A DNA stretch of 64,000 nt, from NCBI RefSeq assembly GCF_009914755.1, contig NC_060935.1. One strand, given 5' to 3'. This DNA is from the human T2T-CHM13v2.0 reference genome, Homo sapiens. The notes below the pieces were generated by a model. It saw only the letters and a list, made by a program, of their open reading frames with translations. It was not told the DNA's origin and ran no database searches. Shown piece by piece: positions 14,542 through 28,358 of the stretch (its first letter is position 1; every line of letters starts with the position of its first letter). A program made the position numbers and the translations under genes.

Positions 14542-14651
14542 GGACGCAAACCCGGCTATTTCTCCTTCCTGGACCCATTTTCTCCGGGCGTCTGGCTCTT
14601 CATGCTTCTAGCCTATCTGGCCGTCAGCTGTGTCCTCTTCCTGGTGGCTCG
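14542..14651 (+). CDS. GRIK4: GRIK4 coding exon, pre-M1/M1 ([37 protein letters not shown]), phase 0-2, 110 nt
   Basis: Acceptor tctccatttccag|GGA, donor CG|gtactc; FSFLDP..W M1 motif; phase fits both neighbours. Confidence 0.96.
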
Positions 14652-16467
14652 GTACTCTCCTCTTCCCTTCCCTGTCCTTACACCGCCACCTCGTGTCCAC
14701 CTCTGGGAACTGCATGGGGAGGGGGTGGGGAGGAGGAGAGGGGGAGGAGGAGTTGGGAAGATCTTGGTGCCAAACTAGAAGGACAGGAGAAGGACTGGGG
14801 GCCTGAAATGCTCTCTGCCCAGCTGTCGACCTCATGCTGCCCATCCAAACATTCCCCACTGTGCACGACGCAGACAGGTGGCTTGGCTTCTGCACCTCTG
14901 CCTCCTGTCCCCTCCCACTTCTCCCCAGACCCCCACCTAAGCCCCTTGCTTGTGTAGGAGCCCTGGGAAGAGAGGAGGGGTGGGGTTGGCAGGAAGATGA
15001 CTCTCATTAAGCACTGTGCATTTGGCTGCCCTGGCATCAGTCATTGCCACAAAGGATCTGCCACAAAGTGCCGAATGACAAGGAACAGAGCCTGCAAATC
15101 TGGACTGGGGGCACTGGGGGCTGCAGTGGAGCAGGCCAGGGAGAAGGCTTTCTCTGCAGACAGCCTGGGCCTGCCTCTGAAAACACAGCTGCCTTGTCGA
15201 ATGGGAACCATGGAGGCTGCTGGCGGGTGGCAAGGAGACGGGATGGAGAGAGGCGTTTTCAAGAAGTGCTGAGTTGAGACGCACGGGCCAGACCAGGGAG
15301 GGGGGAGAATAAGCCCTGCCCTATCCCCAGGAAACCAGGGGCTGCCCTGGCCCTTTGGAAAAACCTGAGGAGCAGCCTGAGGCTGTGGCCTCCCAAGACT
15401 GTGCACAGCAAAGGTAGTTTCGCTCCAGGCCAAGGCTGTTGGGCCAGCCTGAGCTGCAGGAGAGCCAGCTTAACCCTCCAGAAGTGGGATGAGCCCTGGT
15501 GGCTCCCAGGCCACTCACTCAGGTCCCTAGTGCTGCTAACCCTCCACTTACTGCAGTGGAGGCTCACAAAGGGCTGTTATGTGGGAGCAGAGAACTACTC
15601 AGGAGGAGCTTCTGGAATCTGTCCGTGGCTCTGGTTTGCAGGTGTCTCTTCAGTTGTTACCTTTGCCTCTAGGCCACAGTGGGAGGGCAGACAGTGTTAG
15701 AGTGCACATCCCATCTCTGTGGGGTGGGTGGGGTCTTCCCCTAGGGCACGTTCATTCACTGGATTGATGGGGGCACTTGGGGATGGAGCTGCCGCATGGT
15801 AAGCCCTAGGGAACCACGGGCTACCTAACCCCTGAGGGCACTTCCCAGACTGCCAGAGAAGGGTTGCATCAACCTGTCTGCACATACCTCTTCTAGTGGA
15901 GACCAAGGTCCCCAAGATCAGGAAGGTCTTTGGGGCCCACAAGATGCAGCCAAAAAAAGACAGGCCTTGCTGACAACCTGGTCATTTTCAAACGTGGCAG
16001 AGTTTGCTGCTTGGGCACCACCAACCCCTCTCGGGCCTGTAGGCATGGCCACTGTTGAGTATCTGCTGTCAGTGACGGCCTGCGAGATGGGGAGCTAGCA
16101 CGCTGTCTGACACCTCCCCTCTCCACTTTGCCACACTGCTGCCATGTTAGGAGGCTGTCTCCGTGAGCCTGGTGCCACTGCTCTGTAATTCACACTTGCC
16201 CCTTGGATGTGAGCCCTTGCGTGTGGCATGCCACAACACTCAGGTCACCTCAAGGGCCCTGAAAAGTCTTGGGGTTTGGAGAGCAGATACATACAAGCCT
16301 GCTTCAGCATACCCACAGCAGCCTAGAGCTTTCAACCAGCCCTGGGGTGTTACGCTGCCCCTCCTCCCTCCCCTCCACATCCAAACACACCCCCTCCAGC
16401 ATCTAGCATCACAGAAAGGTTAACAGAAAATGTGCTAAAGGGCTAACCATACGGCCTCTCTCTCTCA

Positions 16468-16469
<2 letters not shown>

Positions 16470-16518
<49 letters not shown>
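16470..16518. repeat. (AC)~24 microsatellite preceded by short (CT)n
   Basis: Perfect dinucleotide run. Confidence 0.97.
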
Positions 16519-16522
<4 letters not shown>

Positions 16523-17370
16523 ATACTGGAGTCTAGGGTATTCTGTCTTAAGGTAGTGATTTTCAAACATGGTTCTATGGACTGCAAAGGCTCCTGGGAG
16601 CAACCAGAGCCTTTGGGGGTGGAATGACAAGAGGCTGGGCAGCCAGAGCCCTGGGTCCCCAACTCCTCCTCATCCAGACCAGCTCTACTTTTATTTCTTA
16701 TATATTGTACTTCGGGTAAGATTTTACAGGGAAAAAAAAATGTCTGAAAACAACAGCTCTTAGGTAGCCATTCCCAAGAGAGCTGATCTTCAGAGTCCTG
16801 TAGGGAGCTTTTAGACATTTGAATTCCCAGGTCCCATGAGCTCAGAATCTCTAGGGGAAGGGCCTGAGAATCTGTATCTTTGAAGTTCTGCAGATCCCAC
16901 CAATGGTCCGTAGGCTTGGGAGCCAACAAAGTGGGGCACCAGAGTGCCAGCCAGCTCCTCGGGACCCACACAGAGGGACAGAGCACATCTCACAGGTCAA
17001 AGGACCAATGCTGAGACGTTTGTGTTGTACTCAGGAAGGAGAGGCGCGGATGGAAACGGGAGGCAGCGACAGTGGGAACACTAAGTGCACATCAGGCCGA
17101 GTGCAGGACGGGAAAGAGCAGTGTGAAGATAACACCGAGCACACAGCACCCCGCCCTCCTGGGGGTGCACACCTGTGCATACAGTTTCTCTCGTCAGAGC
17201 TGGAAGGCTTTGCGTACAAGATGGGCCGGGGCTGCAAGCATCTCCCTGGCGGGCAGGGGAAGAGCAGGCATTCTGGGCATCAGAGGGGCCATTCAGAGAG
17301 ACGCCAGTGGTGAGGCTGAGAGGGAAAGCAGGGGAGTGTCCCCACCTCACCCCAAGGCACAGAGCTTAGA

Positions 17371-17752
17371 GCAGCCCTTCTCAGCCCCATGCGTGCATTA
17401 CACTCACTGGGGAGCTTTAAACAAACACTGATGTCCAGGCCCCACCTGAGCCAATGAAACCAGAATCTTTGGGAGTGGAACTCAAGCAGCAGCATTCTTT
17501 TTTTTTTTTTGAAAGGCTCTGGGGAGGTCTGAAACACAGACAGGGAGAGCCTGGCTTTAGACACCATCGAGGCCAGTGGCTCTCAGTATGGACACTGGCC
17601 CGGTGGCACCAGCATCATCTGGAAACTTGGGAATTCTTAGGCCTCACCCCAGACTTACCAGTGCAGAAGCATTGAGGCTGGGCCCAGCCATCTGTGTCAG
17701 CACACCGGCTTGGTGGTTCTGAGGTAGGCTAAGGCTGGAGGGCCACTGCTCT
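17371..17752. mobile_element. Two adjacent MER5-like hAT-Charlie elements
   Basis: cactggggagctttaaa...ccagaatctttgggagtgg and cagcatcatctggaaactt...gggcccagccatctgtgt...ccactg. Confidence 0.55.
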
Positions 17753-17890
17753 AGGCTGAGGGTCTTCAAACCGTGGTTCTAAGGGACACTAATATCTCTC
17801 TCATCACCCTGTCACTGGCAGTGACAGAACAAGCGGCTTCCCAGGCTGTCCACCTCTTGACACTCCTAGCCTCAGGGGCTCCACTTAATC

Positions 17891-18228
<338 letters not shown>

Positions 18229-18466
18229 TTATTGGGGGTAAAAATGTCTCTTTGATTAAAAAAAAGTTTGAGAACCATCAACCCAGTTCAACCCACTTAT
18301 TTTATTTTATTTTTTTTTTGGTTGCGAAACTCCAAGTCCAGCAAAGGGAAGTGGCTTGCCCAAGGCCACAGGCCGGTCTCAGAGGTGAGACCAGCCAGGA
18401 GAGCCTGCCTGTGTCCCTTCACACCCCGCCTCTGTGGCACTAGTGTATGTTCCTTTTCTCCCACAG

Positions 18467-18640
18467 GTTGACGCCCTACGAGTGGTACAGCCCACACCCA
18501 TGTGCCCAGGGCCGGTGCAACCTCCTGGTGAACCAGTACTCCCTGGGCAACAGCCTCTGGTTTCCGGTCGGGGGGTTCATGCAGCAAGGCTCCACCATCG
18601 CCCCTCGCGCCTTATCCACCCGCTGTGTCAGTGGCGTCTG
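18467..18640 (+). CDS. GRIK4: GRIK4 coding exon, M1-M2 loop and M2 pore loop (LTPYEW...[31 protein letters not shown]), phase 2-2, 174 nt
   Basis: Acceptor ttttctcccacag|G, donor TG|gtaagg; NSLWF and FMQQG pore motifs. Confidence 0.97.
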
Positions 18641-19277
18641 GTAAGGCCCCAGGCAGAGGTGAACCAGGCCAGGTGGGGTGGGGACACAAAAGGGGCCCTC
18701 TGATAAGCCGGCTCTAGCTTCTAGAGCCCCAGAGCCTCTGCCTCTTACAGCAGACCCACGCAGGAAGCCGAGTGCTTTCTGCCAGCTCAGAAGCTTGGGG
18801 CAATGGATGGGGCCTGCTCTGTGCCATCTGGTCCCCTTCCCCTTACTCTCTGGGGTCTGGATGCAGAGGGGAGCCAAGGGAGGAAGGGAGAGGAGGTGAC
18901 AAAACAGCCTTGATGAATTTCAGCAAAGCAATGGTAACTTCCTGACCTGAAAATGACCTGAGGTTTGAGAAGGCATATGCAGATTTATGCAAGTATAAGC
19001 CTGCTGGCAGGAAGTCCCTGCAGGAGGAAGCCAGCCTGGCTGCTACATCACATCCCCTCTACCAGCCTTCTGAGGCTTTGTGTCTCTGCCTCTGGCTCTG
19101 GGGGCTTGCTGGCCTGTTCACCTCAGCAGGTGTGGGAAAACGCAACTCTTGTCGTTCAGAGTTGAGCAAATGATTCAATGTGTGGGAAAGCTCTTTGAAA
19201 ACTTGAAAGTGCTACATAAACATATGGACTGATCATTGTTATTAGACCATTATGGGGGCAAAGGAAAGACAAAACAA

Positions 19278-19278
<1 letters not shown>

Positions 19279-19313
<35 letters not shown>
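19279..19313. repeat. (TG)17 microsatellite
   Basis: Perfect run. Confidence 0.97.
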
Positions 19314-19315
<2 letters not shown>

Positions 19316-21569
19316 CCTAGAGAGGCAAGTTTGCAGAACACAACTTTTTGATCCTCTCTTAAAAATCTGCTGTGGGTTTGGCTGTCATAGCATACAGGAC
19401 TTACGACCTTGGTTCTCTCCCTTCCTTCTCAGCCTGTTTAGCCAAAGGAAAAGGAAAGGTGATGTTTCCACCCTTGAGTACTGGTGCCCAGAGTGGGTGG
19501 TCTGGACAGAATTACTGGAGGAGCCACTGGGCTGTTAGGAAGGTGAAAACGCAGCTGAGATAGCCATGCCTTCCTGTCTGGGGTTTCCATTATCCCTGAT
19601 AAACAACAAATGTAGCACGATTTAAACCTGGGCGAGATGCTTGCCTGTTACCAGATAGTTTGGAGAAGTCACTGAATGGATCACCATGGAGAACAGGAGC
19701 TCAGGTCTCCAGGAAGAGGGATGGACGATCTCAGCAAGGAGAGTCACGGAAGTCCCACCCACAACATCCGGGAACCTGGGCAGAAGCCCTGGGAGAGGAG
19801 CATCGGGGGATGTCGATCTCCTTCTCCCTGGGGCTTTTCCTTCTGGAGAGTGCCTGCTCCCACAGATGGATGCAGCTAGAACCCCATTGCCCACTTTATC
19901 CGCTTGTCAGCTCTACCCTTACCCCAGGAAATCCCTCCTCCAGGACCCAGCCATCCTGCAGGTTGCCCTGCCCTGAGGGGAGGACTCAGCGCTGCTTTAA
20001 ATGGCTGGCCCCAGGTGGCTTGGTCACTGTTCCAGAGCTGTGTGAGAAGGGGCTCAGCGCGAATGCAAGCCGCCGTGACAGGCCTGTGCCAGCCCCGACT
20101 CCAGGTGGTCACTGCGCTTCTCTCCCAGCACACTAACAGTTCCTAGTTCTTAAATCAGGGCCTCGGTTTGGTCCGTTCCATGGAGGAGTGGGAGGTCAGA
20201 AGACAGGGCCATCGTGGCCTACCTCGACCTCCTCACCCAGAGCACGTGATAGAAAACACCATGTCGCTGGAGAGAATGCCAGTTTGACAACTGAAAATGC
20301 CCTTTGACACAGGAGCGAGGCTCCACTGAGCCCTCCGGAAGCGGGCATCATTCCCTTTCTCAGCAGAGCCGATGGGTTTGCACTGAGCCGCTTGTGCCCT
20401 CTGACCAGTTTCCTTGTGACCAATGGCCTAAATAGCCACCTGGTGTGTAGCCAGAGTGTAGCCAACTCTGAAGTCATGTCCACACCTAGGGCTCATTAAC
20501 CCCCAGCACACACCACCACAGCTAAGCAGCTGCAGAGTGCTGGCTTCCTCCTGGGGACTGCCCACCCCAGGTCTCTGTTTAGGGATGGTCATGAGAGCAC
20601 CTTCCAATAGGGCAGAAGAGCTGAGGCAGGAGCAGGGAGAGCAGACCTTGGGCATGGAGGGATACCTGCTACTTACAGGTCACAGATAGGGAAGGCAGAA
20701 GGAGGCAGCCAGGTGATTTTCATCCCATATTCAGTCTGATGGTCTCTCTATACATTTCTCTATATCTCACATCCCTCTAGTCCTTTACAGATTGCTGATC
20801 ACTCATGACATATTACTTCATTTTATCTCACAACTCTCCAGCAATAGGCAGAGCAGGCATGATTATCCCCATATATTTATTAGACAAGTAAATGAGCTCA
20901 GAGAAGGCGAGTGGTTTTCCCCCACATTCTCACAGTGGAACACAGCCAGAACCAAAACCCAGCTCGCTCATGGTGGTCTGCCATGTAGACATGCCCACTG
21001 AGTCAGAGGATGCCCCTGTTGCTTCACTCCTGGGGAGGCAGCCAGCAAGTGTTCTTGGTCACAATGGCAAAAGGGGCAATGGGACCTGCTGCTCTTGAAA
21101 ATCTACACAGCAGTGGCAAGTTGCCAAGTTCTGTGTGTTAATCACTATGCATTCATCGTCAGTGTCTCTATGATGGATAAAGCCCCATGAACTCAGGCTC
21201 CACTGATTCAGAATTTGTGATTCTCCATCCCAAACTGTGCTTAGATCTATCTTTGAGCCCCTTGGGATTGGGATGTAGATCCATACTGTTGACCAGATGG
21301 GAGAAGGCTTGTTTAACCTACTAAAATGAACACACAGTTTTTAATGGACTTAGCATATATGCTGCCTGAGCTGCAAAATTATTCTAATTTCAAATGAGTT
21401 CTGTCTACTCAGTAAAACAATCTTCTAATTTGAAATAGCATGACCATTGTAAGAGTATTTTCTAATTCCAGCCTTTCAGCAGTTCAAAAGTGCTTTTCGC
21501 CAGGTAGTCTTTATTAAAGATGTTCTGTTGTTACAATTTACAGAACTGGTTTTAAAATACAAATTTATC

Positions 21570-21726
21570 AGCTGGCACAGGGGCTCACACCTATAATCCC
21601 AGTACCTGGGGAGGCTGAGGCAGGAAGACCACTTGAGCCCGGGAGTTCTAGGTTGCATTGAGCCCTGATTAAGCCACTGCATTCCAGCCTGGATGACAGA
21701 GCAAGACCCTGTCTCCAAAAAAAAAA
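21570..21726 (+). mobile_element. Alu monomer (FRAM-like)
   Basis: Single arm ending gagcaagaccctgtctcc + A tail. Confidence 0.85.
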
Positions 21727-21735
21727 GAATTTATC

Positions 21736-22180
<445 letters not shown>

Positions 22181-22595
22181 ATGCACATTTGAAGGTTGGC
22201 TTCAGCACGAGGAGGTGAGGAAGCCCTCCTGCTCTAGCTCTGAACAGAGCCCTTGGAGCTGGCACCCGCAGCTCATTCACTAGCTCATTTCTCACAGTCT
22301 CCAAAACTGTCTCATGTGCATGGACTACACCTCTTTTGAATAATAACCCAATAATCATCTCCTTTAGGAAATAAGAAAAACAAATCAACTGTCTTCTTCC
22401 AGGCAGTGCTCACAAACGCGATTCATTTCTGTTGACATCATATGCCCTGCCTCCTTTCTCTTCCCCCACTAAGCTGAAAGCTCTTTCATAAGAAAGATGC
22501 CTGGTCTCTCCCATGTCACAGCAGGACTGGGGTCAGGGGCCAAGACTCCAGGGAGTGCCCGGGCAATGATGACTTCCTCGTCTTTTCCTACATAG

Positions 22596-22761
22596 GTGGG
22601 CATTCACGCTGATCATCATCTCATCCTACACGGCCAACCTGGCAGCCTTCCTGACCGTGCAGCGCATGGATGTGCCCATTGAGTCAGTGGATGACCTGGC
22701 TGACCAGACCGCCATTGAATATGGCACAATTCACGGAGGCTCCAGCATGACCTTCTTCCAA
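22596..22761 (+). CDS. GRIK4: GRIK4 coding exon, M3 gate and start of S2 ([55 protein letters not shown]), phase 2-0, 166 nt; absent from the supplied ORF track
   Basis: Hand translation: acceptor tcttttcctacatag|G, donor CAA|gtaaac; invariant SYTANLAAF gating motif at 22624-22650. Confidence 0.97.
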
Positions 22762-24142
22762 GTAAACCCCATTTGGTTGCTCACCAGCATCGGGAATTGG
22801 GCAGAATAAAGTTGAGATGTTTCTCTGCTGGAGATAAAAACATCTCTCCGCATCTCATTATCTCTTTTGAACATATAGTTTGGAGGTCCACATGGGGCTC
22901 ATTTATCTGCTGCTCCACAAAATACTCCTGGAATGAGGTCCCAAAAGAACTTTGCGTTAATATCAGCCGGTGCCAGAGTGGTGGTACTTGAGATGATTTT
23001 AGGTCTGATGTGGTGGAACTGTTTTTTAGTTGCCATAGTTTCATGTTTATATTAATGGCCATTAGAAAAAAAGTATATATATGCAGTGAATCAAACCTGT
23101 TGTTTTATTTATATTACTGCATAGAATGGGGTTAATGCATACATTTACATTTTTAAAGTGATTTAAATCGTATAGGTAGTATTTAGACAGAGCAAGATTC
23201 ATACATGAATGACTGAAGTTTGAGGAACACCAGCTTAAGACGAACTGGCTTCACTGATTCCAGACTTGATAGGTATCAGATAGGGACCCTGTTGGCTTCT
23301 TTGAGTTTCCCTTGCAAGGCTCAGGAGAAAGCCCTGCCACAGCGATGTGTTCGCTGTCAAGCAAACTGATTGATCGCCAAGACTGACAGCCAGACCAGAT
23401 GGAATAGTGGTTTTCATATGCCTCAAGCTCTCTTGGAAAGCAGGTTTCCCCTGGGGTTAAAAGGTGTCTAACCAACCTAATATCCAAGAAGTTCATTTTC
23501 CCATGAAACAAGTCCAATGCCTTCAGCTTTCTGTTTTCCAGGCAAGTCTCCGTGCCTACTGGCACAGACAACAGTGAAGTCATCATGCAAACACAGAGTT
23601 TGGATAGACCCCCAGAGTTCTCTGACTTGTTATTATTTGTAAAACAGCAGCCAGCATTGGATATGTGATTGATCAATTGGTTTAGGGTGGATGGAAAATA
23701 GGAAACTGCTTCTTCAAAGGGTATCTCTGTATAGTCCTAAATGAACCTAGTCCTAAATGAACCTAAGTTCACTGCCCCAAATTGAGGGACAATGAAGGTA
23801 CCCAGCCAGAATTTCAGTTCTACCGGAAAATGGAGGTTGGCAGTAGAAGAGCTCTTGAGGGTAGATGAGGCAAAACCAATGACCAAATCAGGACCTTAGT
23901 GCGCTGTTGCTTCCTCATCTTTCTATAAAAGGTATCAAAGGCACAACTCCCTCCTCTGCCATTACACAGTGACAGTGAACATCTTGTGTTGAGAGACAGA
24001 AAGGGAAAAGGTTCTTGACTGTGATCAGCGGGTGGAGAAGCAGAAGGGCCGGCATCTTAAGGTGCACTTTGATTCCCTCTCTTTTTAAGCCAACGTTTCC
24101 TTCCTCTTTTCCCAATCCTGCTTCCTTTTGTTCTTTTCCCAG

Positions 24143-24368
24143 AATTCCCGCTACCAGACCTACCAACGCATGTGGAATTACATGTATTCCAAGCAGCCCA
24201 GCGTGTTCGTGAAGAGCACAGAGGAGGGAATCGCCAGGGTGTTGAATTCCAACTACGCCTTCCTCCTGGAATCCACCATGAACGAGTACTATCGGCAGCG
24301 AAACTGCAACCTCACTCAGATTGGGGGCCTGCTGGACACCAAGGGCTATGGGATTGGCATGCCAGTCG
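24143..24368 (+). CDS. GRIK4: GRIK4 coding exon, S2 ([11 protein letters not shown]...[12 protein letters not shown]...[16 protein letters not shown]), phase 0-1, 226 nt
   Basis: Acceptor ttcttttcccag|AAT, donor G|gtatgc; [12 protein letters not shown] and LD.KGYG motifs. Confidence 0.97.
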
Positions 24369-25568
24369 GTATGCGGGAGAGGAACAGCCTCTTTGGGTAG
24401 CTTTGTCCAGACAGGGTCAGGGTAGCTCAAACCACTGAATACAGCATTGAATCCAGTACCCCCTGTTGTTAGAACCAGTTTAACAGTGACTTTACGTGGG
24501 CATTCTAAAGTTTTTTTTTTTTTTTTAAAGCAAACACACATATTTCCTTTAATCAACGACCAGTGCTCAATCCTTAATTATTAAAGAGCTAGTTGATTAG
24601 TTACTGATTGATTAATTGACTAATTTAAAGGGCTAATAGTAATTATTAAAGGGCATGTTAATGTCTTTGGTGTGTATTTAGGCCTTTTGTTCCTTTTCTC
24701 GCTTGCTTCTCCTTGGCCATTTCTCTGTTGATTGCTATCTCTACTAGCAGTGGGAAGAAGGATGAGATGGTAAAATTTGAATCAGTTAATTTTGCTATTT
24801 GTTAGCGTTGCCAGTGAAAAGTTTACTTCTAAAGGAGACGGCCATGATTAGATGGAATGCTTTCAAATTATTTGTGGATTTCACTGATCCATCTATGGTA
24901 GGTCGGTGTGGGTCATGGAGAAGGGGCAGTAAGGCTCTGGTGTTCAGCCTGCTGACTGTCAGCCCGTCTTGTTGTATTAATAGGAGGATAGAGACGTTTG
25001 GCTTCCAGAAAGGTGTCCTAGCTGTGCTTTTTAAAAGGACATTCACACTTTGGACTTTGGGCCTTCCCCTGCTAACAGAACCTCCCCAAGAAGATGAGGA
25101 GAGAACATGTTTAGCTGCTGTGGTGATTGTGAAGGGGATCTGAATGTTCCTCCAGCCGCTTCTGACATGCACACTTGCCCCTTCACACACACACCATAGA
25201 GAGCCCGTGCTGTAGAGGGTTGTGCTGGTATGAGGGTGTTCTTGTACAAGGCAACAGGGGAAGAAGCAGGAATCGAGGCCATCAGACTCTGGGAGAAAAT
25301 TGGTATACGGTATGCTCATCTTTGTAGTTACAGTACACATCCCTGCTGTTGATCTTTACCTTAGCTCAAAACTCTGTAAATTGCAGGATTCACTCACACC
25401 TGTGGAGTGTAACGAGCACGGGCTGGGAGTCAGGCAGACCCCGGGATGTGTTCTGGTCACTGGCTGTGGTACCTTAGATGCATTCTTTAGCCTCAGTTAT
25501 CTAATTCATAAAATTAGGTTTCTAATACCTACATTATGGGGTTGGGAGGATTAAACCTGATAATCTAG

Positions 25569-26018
<450 letters not shown>

Positions 26019-27093
26019 TGAACATAGGTAATAATATGGTTCATCTCTGAACTCTGTAAATTATGGCACTAGGAGTTCTGTGAACTGTGAACTGGAGGCT
26101 TCACTCTGGGTACTCAGAAACCTGCACACCCTCTATATGCTATTATATGTCATTGGTGTCCACTAATAATACAGATTATGGACACCTTTGAGAGATATAC
26201 TCGCTGACATTTTGTTTCAAGATGGTAGCGTGAACTGCAAAATGAACTTAAGGCACACATTGATGATACTCTAGCAATTTGAACTAAATTTCAAATGCTT
26301 CCAAAGTTTTCATGGAACAAAACTATGGAGAGTTGGGGTAAGATAGACCACAACTCTAGAAATTTTCATCAATAACCAAGGAAAAATGGAAGGAAATTCA
26401 TTTGCTCTATATCTGACATGACACTGTTTTCACATGTTCTCTCACTTAATAGTCCCCCCTGCAAGATAGATGTGGTTATTCCCATCCTATAGAGGACAGA
26501 ACTCAGATTCAGAGCAGATAGATTACTTGTCCAAGGTCACAGAATAGGTAGAGAAGCTGGGTGTGAGCCTAGGATGCTTGTCTCCAGTCCAGTAATTCAT
26601 TTACCAGACCATATTGCCAATGGGTCCTATCAGCTAGAAAGGACAGGATAGGTGGGAAGGTCTACTCTGAGCTAGCCCAGCTTCCCACATGAGGCTGGAA
26701 AGAACATTACACAGTTCATTGATGAGTCAGGATTTAGGTCCAGCTGGGAGTATGCCCAGGAGATACAAGCATGTATATCATTCTTAAGTGGAATGTAAGA
26801 GCCTAACTATGGAATAAGCAATGTGGTTAGACCCAGGAAAATTAAGCGAGACAGAACAAGGAACAAGATGGAAAATTAATCAGGTGGCTTAGGAACTAAG
26901 TAGGTAACCAAGGAGTAAGCAGAATAAGCCTTTCATGTGGCCCCTGGTGTGTTCTGAGGTTGGGTTGAACATGCCTTGAAACTGCTTGAAATGCTTTGCT
27001 GGGCTAGACAGTTCTCTCTAAACCTGAAATGTTCATTAGTCTCACCACCTAACAACATCTGTTAGACAACTCGTTCATGTGTCCATTCACGGC

Positions 27094-27300
27094 AGATGTG
27101 TAATAAGTACTTACTGTACTTGAAGCTCTGCTGGTGTTTGCCCATATCACTTGCACACGTTCAGTGCTGCAGGCTTGGGGTTCGGGTCCAACAATGTGTA
27201 AGATGTGTAATAAGTACTTACTCTACATGAAGCTCTGCTGGTGGTTGCCCAAATCACTGACACACATCCAGTGCTGCAGGCTTGGGGTTTGGGCGTCCAA
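27094..27300. repeat. Two-copy diverged tandem duplication, period 107 bp
   Basis: agatgtgtaataagtacttact...caggcttgggg...gtccaa at 27094-27191 and 27201-27300. Confidence 0.9.
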
Positions 27301-27386
27301 GCATAGTTGTGTCTATAGTAGGGAAGGTTCTACTGTGGAGCTGTGGACTGTCACAGTTGGAAGAGATCTGGGAGATGTTCTAGTTC

Positions 27387-27550
27387 CTTGCCTCTTAAAG
27401 TGTGGTCCACGACCCAGCAGCATGGACATCACCTTGGGGCTTGTTGGAAATGCAGACTGTCAGGCCCCACCCCAGGCCTACTGAATCAGATTCTGCAGTT
27501 CAGCGAAATCCCCAGGTGATTGCAATGCACTTGAAAATTTGAAAAGCACT
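27387..27550. mobile_element. MER5A-like element
   Basis: aaagtgtggtcc...cagcagcat...gaaatgcaga...cctactgaatcaga...ccccaggtgatt. Confidence 0.7.
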
Positions 27551-28059
27551 CATCTGTTTGTTCCAAGCTTCTGCCTGATCCTTCATGGTAGCCTTTCTCC
27601 TCTGGGGCATCTGTCCACATCCAGCCTTCATGGAGTTTGAGCAAGGAAACTGGGCAGCTTAGTTGTTTTCCAGCCTCTTGGCAGCTTTTTCTTAATAATG
27701 TCCCAGCCTGTGCTGGGACATTGAGCTTTCCGTGGTTTCACTTAAGCCTGTTTTTGTAATGAAATCTAAATTCTAGAACCAAAGCTCCTTGACAAAATCG
27801 CGTTAGAAAAATTAAAAAGAATGGTACTGAACAGAAAAAAACCTTCTTTTGAGGAGGGAAGGAGGACTGGGAGAAACAGGGTGATGGACAGGCCAGTGGG
27901 TTCTCGTGCACTCAGCAGGCAGTGCTGAGAGTGAGGAACACCTGGTGACCTGATTCTCACACTCTGGGGTGGCTCTTCTCTCATTGATTGGTGACTTCTC
28001 TGGATAAACAGTTGTCAGGTGTAATGTAGTGAGAGTTACAAGTGCCTAAGAAATTAATT

Positions 28060-28358
28060 AATTTATTTATTTTTGAAACGGAGTCCTCACATTCTGTTGC
28101 CGAGGCTGGAGTGTAGTGGTGCAATCTCAGCTCACTGCACCTCCGTCTCCCAGGTTCAAGCAATTCTTCTGTCTCAGCCTCCTGAGCAGCTGGGGCTACA
28201 GGTGCGCACCATCACACCCAGCTAATTCTTGTATTTTTAGTAGAGATGGGGTTTCACCATATTGGCCAGGCTGGTCTTGAATTTCTTGCCTCAAGTGATC
28301 CGCCCATCTCAGCCTCCCAAAGTGCTGGGATTACAGGCGTGAGCCACCGTGCCTGGCT
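28060..28358 (-). mobile_element. Full-length AluS, antisense
   Basis: Complete dimer; agaaattaatt on both flanks. Confidence 0.95.

Noticed and set aside
20433-20446. CTCF-like CACCAGGTGGC on the minus strand
   Set aside because: Only a partial match; cannot be supported without a PWM score or ChIP data
23915-24556. 213-aa minus-strand ORF
   Set aside because: Antisense shadow of the S2 exon running through a T-run; no independent coding signal
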